From Clostridia bacterium (lineage in GTDB: Bacteria; Bacillota; Clostridia; Christensenellales; UBA1242), in assembly GCA_045534555.1 (NCBI GenBank), contig JAZSJW010000010.1:10533-74532 (forward strand): a stretch of 64,000 bases of DNA. The letters run 5' to 3'. The notes under the pieces were generated by a model. The model worked only from the letters and a program-made list of their open reading frames with translations. It had not been told where the DNA came from and ran no database searches. This document shows, in pieces, positions 41,442-50,274 of this stretch; position 1 is the first letter of the stretch; the number at the start of each line of letters is the position of its first letter. The translations under genes were made by a program, and so were the position numbers.

Positions 41442-41632
41442 ATTCCCTTAGTTTACAATATTATAATTTATTAATCCACGAAGAAGCAAAAACAAAGCTA
41501 CCCCAGCAACTAGGATAAACAAAATAAGTCTTATTATTGAAAATCTGCGTTTCCCAAACAATTCCTTCTTCGCTCCTTTAGTATAATTTAGTATATAATA
41601 ATTTTTAAATTTGTGTCAAGAATATCTAACCC

Positions 41633-42967
41633 TTATTCTTTGTCATAACATATTTTTATTATATTCTTTGAAGTCTCTGTCACTTTAACAAGCTCTGAAA
41701 TTTCTTGACCAGCAACAACATAAACAATATTATCTTTTGCTAAAACGGGCACTAAATCTCTTAACCTTTTTGGCATTTTTACATCAATTAAATAATCACT
41801 AAGTTTCTTTGTTCCTGAACCAAACTTTTTGAATACATCTCCAAGCTCTTTCGTTCTCCACTTAGCATCTTTAGGAATTTTGTCACCATCTATAAAAAGA
41901 CAACCCTTAGTAAATACCATTTTTTCATTACTATTTAATTTTGTAATTGAAATCTTACCAACACCAGCAAAATTAAATTCACCTAAAGTAAATGGGTAAA
42001 TCAAAGTTTTGCTTTCATTATTGTTAGGGGAAATAACGATATTTTCGTATTCTTTATATGCAACCAAACCATTTGGTAAACATAATTTTTTACCATTCTG
42101 TCCATTACAGAGCGCAATTATTTGATTAATATGTCTTTCTTCAATATCTGCAAAAAAACCTAAATTTTCAAAAGCTTTCTTTATTAGTCTTGAAGCCAAA
42201 ACATAATTTATTTTACTAACCTCTACTGAAATTTCACAATAATCCTTTTTGTATTTCAATTGTTCTAAAGGTAATAAACTTTCTATAAACTCCTCATCTC
42301 TCTTACATCTTTCAGCAAACAAGCCTAATGACTTTTTTACATTAGGATATACTTTTTCAAGTTCTGGCAAAACTTTATGTCTAATATGATTTCTTACATA
42401 TTTAGTATCTTCATTACTTGTATCATTAATAAAATCAATTTTATTTACATGGTTATAATAAACAATTTCTTCTCTTGAAAAACTTAATAGAGGTCTTGCA
42501 ATTTTGTTTGAGTTTTTACTCATTCCTCTTGCCCCTCTAAGAGAACTTCCTCTTGAAATGTGCATTAATACAGTTTCTGCCTGGTCATCTTGATGATGAG
42601 CAACTAAAATTTTATTAGCCCCTTCTCTTTCTAATAGCATATCAAAAACCGAGTATCTAAGCTCTCTTGCCGCCTGCTCTATAGTTTTTGAATTCTTTTC
42701 TTTATATTCAATTGTTTTAATACTTTCACATATTAAATTTACATTATTATTTTTACAATACTCTCTTACAAAGTTCTCATCTCTTTCGGCTTCTTTATCT
42801 CTTAAATTATGATTAATATGAACAGCTATAAGTTTATATTGACAGATTTTTTTATACTTAATCGCAAGGTCTAGTAGGCACATAGAATCCGCCCCACCAG
42901 AAACACCAATGAGTACACAATCATTATCTTTAATAAAATCATTTAAAATACTATAATCAAGTGCCAT
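41633..42967 (-). CDS. tilS: tRNA(Ile)-lysidine synthase
   Basis: PP-loop IGVSGGADSMCLL. The start is trimmed to ATG 42967, which has an AAAGGAGG RBS; the ORF-track start 43021 lacks one. Lies in spoIIE-tilS synteny. Confidence 0.9.
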   Translation of the reverse strand: MALDYSILNDFIKDNDCVLIGVSGGADSMCLLDLAIKYKKICQYKLIAVHINHNLRDKEAERDENFVREYCKNNNVNLICESIKTIEYKEKNSKTIEQAARELRYSVFDMLLEREGANKILVAHHQDDQAETVLMHISRGSSLRGARGMSKNSNKIARPLLSFSREEIVYYNHVNKIDFINDTSNEDTKYVRNHIRHKVLPELEKVYPNVKKSLGLFAERCKRDEEFIESLLPLEQLKYKKDYCEISVEVSKINYVLASRLIKKAFENLGFFADIEERHINQIIALCNGQNGKKLCLPNGLVAYKEYENIVISPNNNESKTLIYPFTLGEFNFAGVGKISITKLNSNEKMVFTKGCLFIDGDKIPKDAKWRTKELGDVFKKFGSGTKKLSDYLIDVKMPKRLRDLVPVLAKDNIVYVVAGQEISELVKVTETSKNIIKICYDKE

Positions 42968-43030
42968 AACAACCTCCTTTATAACTAAGATTATTATACA
43001 CTCTTTATTTTCAATTTTCAATTTCTTTTA

Positions 43031-45328
43031 TTAAACTTTAACATTAACTTTAACAGCAATAACTGTTTTATCGTCATTATGTTCTTGAGAACGACTTTCT
43101 GCCTCTTCTAAAATTGAATTTGCAAGCATTTGTACATTTATAATTCTTTCATTGTTAATGTAATTAACATATTCTTCAAGGTCATCAAAAGCATCTACAA
43201 CCCCATCACTTGCCATTATTATAATATCTTGATCTTGAAGAACATACTTTTTCGCATCAAATTTTATTTTATCCATTATTCCTAACGGTAAACTTTCCTG
43301 AACCAATAACCTTGAAGTATTTTGACTTTTAATTACACTACAACTTGCACCTATTTTTATAAAATCAGCAGTTCCGTTAGATTTATCAAAAACACATGCA
43401 TCAAGAGTTGTAAAGCTATCATCACCAGCCGGCAAAAGTATTTTATTTACACTAGAAATTATAGTATTACTTGAAAAACCTGATTTATAAAAACTTTCTA
43501 TTAAGTTTAAGGCTACTGTTGATATTTCATTTGCTCTTTTGCCATGTCCCATGCCATCACTAAGGGCAAACATAATTTTGTTATTATTAAGCTTAATAAA
43601 ACTATAATTATCTCCCGAAACATTATTGGGTGTTTTACTAGAGCAAGCAAAGCCAACATTTGTTTCATACTTAGGTGCAGGAACAAAGCAAAGAACACTC
43701 CAACCTGCATATTTTGTCATAGAACAGACTTCCATAAAAAAATTTATTCTAAACAAAGACTTTAAACACCATGCAATATTTGAAGATAGAGCATCTGAAT
43801 TCTTAACAATTAAAACAATTTTCTCTACACCTGTTTCCGTTTCTAATACCAAAGCTTCATTTACAACAATATTGTTTAAAGTAAGTTCATCTAATACTTT
43901 TTTTGTTGCTTTATAATTTATCCTTTCTCCCCCAATAACAAAACCCGATAACTCATTTAATATCTCACCAGTTCCACCGAATTGCTCTGCTACTATCACT
44001 TTACTTTCATCTGCTGTCTTTATACTTTTTTCATATGCAAAAAAGTTTTCTAAACCATTATTAACTTCACTTATTAATCCTGTGAGCTTTCTGCATTGTG
44101 AGGTTAATAAGTTGTTTGCATCAATTATTGTAACTTTACCTTTTTCTAAACCAAATTCAAAAAGCTGAATAATAGCTTTTTTTATTTCTTCTTTTTCTAA
44201 ACAATTAAAATAATTAGGACAAGATTTACAATGTTTATCTATTAATTCATTACCAAGAACTTCTGACACGTAAGTTCTATCTACTTCACCTATGCTCAAG
44301 TTTCTATAAGCAGATTGCATTTGTTTAAATAGGTTAGATAATTGAACTAGCTTATCTTTTAATAAATACTTTTGACCGACAACAATATATTCCTCCGCCA
44401 AACTGCCCTCGTAAGAAAAAGTATAACCTTTAATTTTTTCCAATACTTTAACAGGTATAAGTAAATAGATTAACATTATGAAAACATAAGATATTAAATT
44501 TAGATAAGTATAATAAGCATATGTATTTAGAAATAATCCAAAAATTATGTCCGCTAAAATAATTGCTATAGGTGACAATAATTTATGATTTTCTTTAAAT
44601 GTCGTACCAAGAATTGCATATGTAACATATATAGCAATATTTGTTACCGACCCAGTTGAAAAAGCTACACCAAAACCCATAAGCGAAGCTAGATATACTG
44701 TAGTTGTTTTTGTTAAGGTTCTTCCAGCAAATAAAATCAACAAAAATACTACCATATTTGTTACATTTATACTAAAAACATAAATATTACTAAGTCCGGC
44801 AAAAAACACAATCAAAAAAAGTGCCAAACAAATATTTTCATCTAATGTAAATCTACTTTGAAAACCTCTGTTAAAAATAGCATTAAATGTTTGATTTGTA
44901 ATATATAAAAACATTAAGCTTATAGCAATAGTTACCGTTGTAACTATAATTTCAGCAGGACTATTCAAATGAAAATATACATATCCTACCTGACCTAACA
45001 AACAAAACAGTAATGTGGCTGTAAAATTCATTTTTCGATTTGAAATCTTAAATATTAAAAACAGTAATATTAACGCAGAAACAACATTTAATGCTATTAT
45101 TAACCCACTAAACGAAATATTAAAAACAATATAACTTATAAAAAAGCTTAAAGATATTATAAATACATTTTTATTTAGTAAAACCATTGAAAAAGCAAAA
45201 GCCGCAGCAAAAAGTATTTTTATTCCGACAATTTGAGCTCTATTTAGTATAAGCATTGTAAAAAATAAAACACAATATAAAATTATGTCTTTCTTATGTT
45301 TAAGCACACCTGTTTTTTTGTTCTCCAT
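43031..45328 (-). CDS. spoIIE: SpoIIE-like membrane PP2C phosphatase (stage II sporulation protein E architecture)
   Basis: About 10 N-terminal hydrophobic helices, a central regulatory region and C-terminal PP2C motifs ALSDGMGHGKRA and IIMASDGVVD. Positioned immediately upstream of tilS, as in endospore formers. Confidence 0.7.
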   Translation of the reverse strand: MENKKTGVLKHKKDIILYCVLFFTMLILNRAQIVGIKILFAAAFAFSMVLLNKNVFIISLSFFISYIVFNISFSGLIIALNVVSALILLFLIFKISNRKMNFTATLLFCLLGQVGYVYFHLNSPAEIIVTTVTIAISLMFLYITNQTFNAIFNRGFQSRFTLDENICLALFLIVFFAGLSNIYVFSINVTNMVVFLLILFAGRTLTKTTTVYLASLMGFGVAFSTGSVTNIAIYVTYAILGTTFKENHKLLSPIAIILADIIFGLFLNTYAYYTYLNLISYVFIMLIYLLIPVKVLEKIKGYTFSYEGSLAEEYIVVGQKYLLKDKLVQLSNLFKQMQSAYRNLSIGEVDRTYVSEVLGNELIDKHCKSCPNYFNCLEKEEIKKAIIQLFEFGLEKGKVTIIDANNLLTSQCRKLTGLISEVNNGLENFFAYEKSIKTADESKVIVAEQFGGTGEILNELSGFVIGGERINYKATKKVLDELTLNNIVVNEALVLETETGVEKIVLIVKNSDALSSNIAWCLKSLFRINFFMEVCSMTKYAGWSVLCFVPAPKYETNVGFACSSKTPNNVSGDNYSFIKLNNNKIMFALSDGMGHGKRANEISTVALNLIESFYKSGFSSNTIISSVNKILLPAGDDSFTTLDACVFDKSNGTADFIKIGASCSVIKSQNTSRLLVQESLPLGIMDKIKFDAKKYVLQDQDIIIMASDGVVDAFDDLEEYVNYINNERIINVQMLANSILEEAESRSQEHNDDKTVIAVKVNVKV

Positions 45329-45427
45329 ATAAGTTATATACTAACACAATTAACAACAATGCTTTTTATTAATAATTAGATAATCCTGTCAAAAATATAA
45401 TTTAATTGTCAATATTTTAAACATAAA

Positions 45428-45457
45428 AAAATCGCCGGTTTTTACCAGCGATTTATA
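45428..45457 (-). terminator. intrinsic terminator (minus strand)
   Basis: The minus strand reads AAATCGCTGG-TAAAAA-CCGGCGATTT followed by a T-run, with one mismatch in the stem. Confidence 0.5.
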
Positions 45458-45459
45458 TT

Positions 45460-47682
45460 TTAGTCTGCTATTCCAAATAAATCTTTTAATTTATTTTTTA
45501 CATCTTCTTCTGCTTCAAGATTTGTAATTTGATCTTTGATATTTGTTTTTGTTTCTTCACTTAAATTGTCACCTATATTAAGATCACCAACAGCACTATC
45601 CGTTCCTGTAATTACACCTAAGACTTCTGTTGATTGAGCTAAAGCTCCAACCAATTCTAAAGTATCCTCTTCTGCAATTTCTACTTTTGCTTCAGGATTT
45701 TCAGTTGTATCTAAGTTAATTACTTTGTTTGCTACAACAAATATTTCTTCAACTGCTTTGATTTCTTTTTCTAGCACTTCGCCCTCAAGCTCTAATACGC
45801 TCGAAATTGTTTCGCTTACAACACCTGCAGTGTTATCATCAAGACCTAAATCTTTAAGTGTATCTTCTTTAATTACTTCAGAAACAACATCTTTCAACGC
45901 ATCATTTGTAGCAAAGTCAGTTAAAACATCTCCCAAATCTTCAATTTTAAAGTCTTCCACATTAGTTTGTAAATCTTTTGCAATTTTTAACGCTTTACCT
46001 AACGATTCAAATGTTGGTGCCAATAATTCATCACTATCCCAAGTTTCTTCAAGCTTTGTCACAAATGTATTTAATGTCGTACTGTTTGCACCAACAATTT
46101 CTTCAGAATTAAGCAACGCTTTCATTATTTGCTTTGATGATGGACCTAACAATGTTGACTTTCTAACATTATCAAATGTTTCGCCTAACAATTTGAAATC
46201 TAAATGCTCTAGAGCTTCTTCACCTTGACTTGTACCAATATCTATCTTGTCGTAAATTTTAAATACATTTGTGAATATTGTTATAAGTATTGGTTTTTCT
46301 TCTGTCCAATCAACATCTGCACTATCTACATCAACATCGTCAATTGTTTCTTTATCTATATTTAATGCTTCATAAACATAGTTCATTCCAACATTTATAG
46401 CTTCTGGAAGTACTGCTTTTATAGTATTACTTTCTAAAGCCTTTGTTAAAATATCTGAAATTAGATTTTCATTTTCCGGCTTTCTTAAAACCTCAAGAAT
46501 ATTTCCATCCTCTGACATTGTTGATATTAACTTTGCATCATTTGCAATCATTAGAATATCAATGCTTGTATCAATATCATTTTTTACTGTATCACCTTCA
46601 GCAACAGATAAGTTTAGTAAAAGAACGTCAAACAAATCATCTAAAGCTTCGTCATCTATCTTTGGTTTTTGTATTTCACAGAACTTTCCACCAGAACTCC
46701 ATATTCTTGAAACTTCTGGCACAATTTCTTTAACCATTCCTGAAAGAAGTTCTGATTTATATAACTCATTAATCATTGATTTTATATCATTTAAAGTTTC
46801 ATTATCTTCTATGTCTAGTTTTTCACTCAACAATGTTTGCATATATGGATAAGCATCTGCTAAAGTATCCACTTCGTCCATTAATGCAAATTTAGCACTT
46901 TTACCTTCAACGGTAGTCAATTTATCAAACATTTTTACAGAAAGTTTTTTAATTCCAACTGCCTTAAATAACTTTCCTACCCAATTTTGTTCAAATGCGT
47001 CTGTATACTTTATTACTCCGTTAATTGTTTCCACAACAACATCATTAGTGCTCTTTTCATCTTCTGGTTCTTGACTATTAACATACTGTACTGTATTTTG
47101 TTGATTTTCTTGTTCTATTGTTTCAAACGGTTTAAACATTTCTACTGCACCAAAGCAAGGAATTAACACAACTACAACAACTATTAATCCTTGTACAGCA
47201 CCTATAACAGCACCAATAAAAGGATGTTTTTCTTTTCCGTTCATTTTTTTCTTAGAGAAACAAATTCCAGAAATAATCCAATATATAACCATTGAAATCC
47301 ACTTGAAAACAAAGAAGAACACAATAAATAAGATTACATTTAGTAACATTTGTGGTACAACTTCTAAAAATGACTCAAATGTAGGACTTGCCTCAATAAT
47401 ATCCTCTATTATTGGGATTTGTCTTAACATATCTGTAATTAAGTCCTGAATAGTCATAACTTGGATATCACCTATAACAATATTTAATTTAGAGATATCT
47501 AAAGTTAAGACTGCACTTGTAAGCGGAGGTATAACAAAGAACGATAAAACCCCAACAACCAAAACAATTATAAATCTTGTTAATGATTTATTTAAACCTC
47601 TAATCCAACCAATTACAAATCCTAAAATTATAAAAAACAAAAATAAAGAAATCATTATACTAGGTATTAAAGTTGCATTCAT
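45460..47682 (-). CDS. large membrane protein with CvpA-like N-terminal TM region and acidic C-terminal domain
   Basis: The start is set at ATG 47682, which has a GGTGG RBS; the ORF-track GTG lies within that RBS. There are four or five TM helices in the first ~190 aa, then a long Asp/Glu-rich region. Confidence 0.45.
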   Translation of the reverse strand: MNATLIPSIMISLFLFFIILGFVIGWIRGLNKSLTRFIIVLVVGVLSFFVIPPLTSAVLTLDISKLNIVIGDIQVMTIQDLITDMLRQIPIIEDIIEASPTFESFLEVVPQMLLNVILFIVFFFVFKWISMVIYWIISGICFSKKKMNGKEKHPFIGAVIGAVQGLIVVVVVLIPCFGAVEMFKPFETIEQENQQNTVQYVNSQEPEDEKSTNDVVVETINGVIKYTDAFEQNWVGKLFKAVGIKKLSVKMFDKLTTVEGKSAKFALMDEVDTLADAYPYMQTLLSEKLDIEDNETLNDIKSMINELYKSELLSGMVKEIVPEVSRIWSSGGKFCEIQKPKIDDEALDDLFDVLLLNLSVAEGDTVKNDIDTSIDILMIANDAKLISTMSEDGNILEVLRKPENENLISDILTKALESNTIKAVLPEAINVGMNYVYEALNIDKETIDDVDVDSADVDWTEEKPILITIFTNVFKIYDKIDIGTSQGEEALEHLDFKLLGETFDNVRKSTLLGPSSKQIMKALLNSEEIVGANSTTLNTFVTKLEETWDSDELLAPTFESLGKALKIAKDLQTNVEDFKIEDLGDVLTDFATNDALKDVVSEVIKEDTLKDLGLDDNTAGVVSETISSVLELEGEVLEKEIKAVEEIFVVANKVINLDTTENPEAKVEIAEEDTLELVGALAQSTEVLGVITGTDSAVGDLNIGDNLSEETKTNIKDQITNLEAEEDVKNKLKDLFGIAD

Positions 47683-47939
47683 AACAAAAACCACCTTTTT
47701 ACTTTATATAATATTATTATATAATAATGATTTAAAAAAAACAATAATTTTATGCTTAAAAACAGAACAAATAATTCGCCTTGTCACAATAAACAGACAC
47801 AAAAGCTATAACTACATCAAAAATACAATAAAGAAAAACAAAAAAAATCAAAAAAACACTTTAAATTTCTAAAAGTGTATGTTATAATCATATCACTTGG
47901 TTAAGTTCAGGGCACAAACCAAGCACAACTAAATAAAGT

Positions 47940-48030
47940 GGAGAGATACTCAAGTGGCCGAAGAGGATGCCCTGCTAAGGCGTTAGTACGAGTAATCGTA
48001 GCGCGGGTTCAAATCCCGCTCTCTCCGCCA
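47940..48030 (+). tRNA. tRNA-Ser (anticodon GCU), CCA encoded
   Basis: GGAGAGA acceptor stem pairing with TCTCTCC, anticodon loop CTGCTAA, long variable arm, T-arm GCGGG-TTCAAAT-CCCGC, discriminator G and CCA. Confidence 0.9.
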
Positions 48031-48066
48031 AGTGATAACAATCCGAACACTTATGTTCGGGTTGTT
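48025..48066 (+). repeat. direct repeat, left copy (last 6 nt of tRNA-Ser plus its terminator hairpin)
   Basis: CCGCCAAGTGATAACAATCCGAACACTTATGTTCGGGTTGTT recurs at 52128..52169 with a single mismatch (48044 C versus 52147 T). Weaker similarity continues for about 15 more nt. Confidence 0.9.
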
Positions 48067-48070
48067 TTTT
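48039..48070 (+). terminator. intrinsic terminator of tRNA-Ser
   Basis: Stem CAATCCGAACA / TGTTCGGGTTG, followed by a T-run. Confidence 0.7.
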
Positions 48071-48189
48071 ACTAAAAAATCAGTTGCAATAAACCAAAAG
48101 AAAAATCAGCCCCTTTGACAAAATTTTGAAAGTTTATATTGAAAATGTGTCTGTTTTATGCTAATATAAAAAAGATTTAGGAGAAACCT

Positions 48190-48975
48190 ATGAATATAAG
48201 AGATTTCAATAATGACGACTTTATCAATGTAATAAATTTGTATAGTGCACCATACAAAATAAAAAACGGAGAATCTTTAGCTCCTATTGAAATATTAGAT
48301 ATAAAAAGAAACTCTACTGAGGCTATAATTAAAACATCTCAAATTTTTATGGATAAATACATCATTAAGAGATCTTTTAAATTTAGTAACAACCAAGACG
48401 GAATCTCTATTAAGACAGAAATGATAGATCACGAACTTAGTGGAAATGTTGTTGTTTATGATGCATCACGTTATTTTACTCCTATTTTCATGATGATTTC
48501 TTCTAATAACAAAGACAAATCTGTAGATTGGTTATCAAGATTCTCTATGGATGATTTATATTATTTTGCCAATAAATATGTTCAGACTTGCTCTAGCATA
48601 AATATAGAAACTGACACCCAATTCCATAATCATTGTAAAGACATATTTACAAAAGATGAAAACGGTTACATAATTTCAGCTAGAAGCTTTGGGGATTATG
48701 GCATAAACTATGCTAAACATACACACACCCTATCTAAACTTAATAGTCCCACTCTTTTCCAGCCCGAAGATTTGGAATTTTATAAATTAATGCTAACAAA
48801 ATTAAATAATGACGAAAAAATAGAATACACTAACAATTTTGTCAATGCTCATCTCGAATCATTCATAAACATTAAAAATAATAAATCTAATTTTATACTA
48901 AATATAGACAAATGCAGAAATAGTGCCATAAAGTTATTAGAAAGTCTTGGGGATGATCAACAAACAAGTTTGTAA
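48190..48975 (+). CDS. hypothetical protein (first gene of the islet)
   Basis: 261-aa ORF with a TAGGAG RBS and no motif I can recognise. It is separated from the SIR2 gene by a 267-nt non-coding stretch ending in terminator 49156..49186. Confidence 0.55.
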   Translation: MNIRDFNNDDFINVINLYSAPYKIKNGESLAPIEILDIKRNSTEAIIKTSQIFMDKYIIKRSFKFSNNQDGISIKTEMIDHELSGNVVVYDASRYFTPIFMMISSNNKDKSVDWLSRFSMDDLYYFANKYVQTCSSINIETDTQFHNHCKDIFTKDENGYIISARSFGDYGINYAKHTHTLSKLNSPTLFQPEDLEFYKLMLTKLNNDEKIEYTNNFVNAHLESFINIKNNKSNFILNIDKCRNSAIKLLESLGDDQQTSL

Positions 48976-49155
48976 TAATTGCTTAAATTATTGCAAGCAG
49001 GCAAGGCAAAACAAAATTAAGTCAAAAACAAATAAAGCGAATTGCCTTTATCCTTGCCACCGACTTAAAGAGCTTTGCCGAAACTACCGGCGACTTTTCT
49101 AACCTATCAGCAAATGTAGTCTACACTCATTTGCAATCCAATCAATAAAACTACG

Positions 49156-49186
49156 AGAAGAAGTGAAAAACTTCTTCTTTTTTTCT
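49156..49186 (+). terminator. intrinsic terminator inside the islet
   Basis: Stem AGAAGAAG (49156-49163) / CTTCTTCT (49171-49178) plus a T-run. Confidence 0.7.
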
Positions 49187-49242
49187 TGTAGGCCTTTCAT
49201 TATTAAACAAAATATGCTATAATAAGATAAGCGAGGGTTACT

Positions 49243-50274
49243 ATGAAAAAAATAAATATTTACAACGATAATAGCGATGAACGAAAATATGAAATTAAAA
49301 AATTGATTAATATGTTTTCTTCTTCACACATTAATGTTTTACTTGGTTCAGGTTTTTCAATGCCACTACTAAGCACTTTAGCTAACATCGAGAAAGATTT
49401 GACAGAAGCTATAAAGAATAATGATATCGAGAAGCAGGCAAATTTATACAAAATATTTTTTGAAGGTTCTATGTTGCCTTTAATAAATAAGAAAGATGAA
49501 AAATCTAACATAAATGCAAGAAACAACTTTGTAAAACATATTTATAACTTTGCCGATACAAGAGATAGTTCAACTTTACATAAAATGATAAATATTTATA
49601 CAACAAATTATGATAATCTTATTGAAAGTTCATTAGAAACTAATAAAATACCTTATTTTGACGGATTTGAAGGTCGTTCTCCTGCAATATTTTCCACAAC
49701 AAATTACGGCAAATTTTTTGGTCGTCAAAGTGGCATTTCTAATAGGTCTACCGAAATTACTGCTGTTAATTTATATAAACTTCATGGTTCATTATTTTGG
49801 AAACAAACAGAAACCGAAATCCAATTTGAAAACTTTAAACACAGGTTACAAGAATTTGAAAAAACAAGCAATACTGGCGAAGAATATATAAAAGAATATG
49901 AGAATAAATTTGCTATAATAAACCCAACTAAAGAAAAACTAAATTCAACTTTGCTTAATATTAATTACTATGACCAATTAAGGTTAATGAGCAATGAACT
50001 AGAAAAGCAAAACGCACTACTTCTTTCTTTCGGCTTTTCTTTTGCAGATGAACATATTTATACCATAATTGAAAGAACTTTAAAAATCAACCCAACTCTT
50101 ACATTAATATTATTTGCCTATTCTCAAGAAGATTTAGATAAATTTTCCAATATATTTGAGTTAAATAAAAATTGTATCTGCTATTATATGGAAAATGAAT
50201 CCAATGAATTTATTAACTTTTCTCTTTCTCAATTAAATTTACTTTTAGATGAGGTATCTGATGAAATTAAATGA
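49243..50274 (+). CDS. SIR2-like (SIR2_2 family) NAD-utilising protein
   Basis: Motifs VLLGSGFSMP, IYTTNYDNLIE and LYKLHGSLFW match the defence-associated SIR2_2 pattern (GAG-like loop, TTNYD, KxHG). Preceded by an extended -10 TGCTATAAT. Overlaps the next gene. Confidence 0.75.
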   Translation: MKKINIYNDNSDERKYEIKKLINMFSSSHINVLLGSGFSMPLLSTLANIEKDLTEAIKNNDIEKQANLYKIFFEGSMLPLINKKDEKSNINARNNFVKHIYNFADTRDSSTLHKMINIYTTNYDNLIESSLETNKIPYFDGFEGRSPAIFSTTNYGKFFGRQSGISNRSTEITAVNLYKLHGSLFWKQTETEIQFENFKHRLQEFEKTSNTGEEYIKEYENKFAIINPTKEKLNSTLLNINYYDQLRLMSNELEKQNALLLSFGFSFADEHIYTIIERTLKINPTLTLILFAYSQEDLDKFSNIFELNKNCICYYMENESNEFINFSLSQLNLLLDEVSDEIK

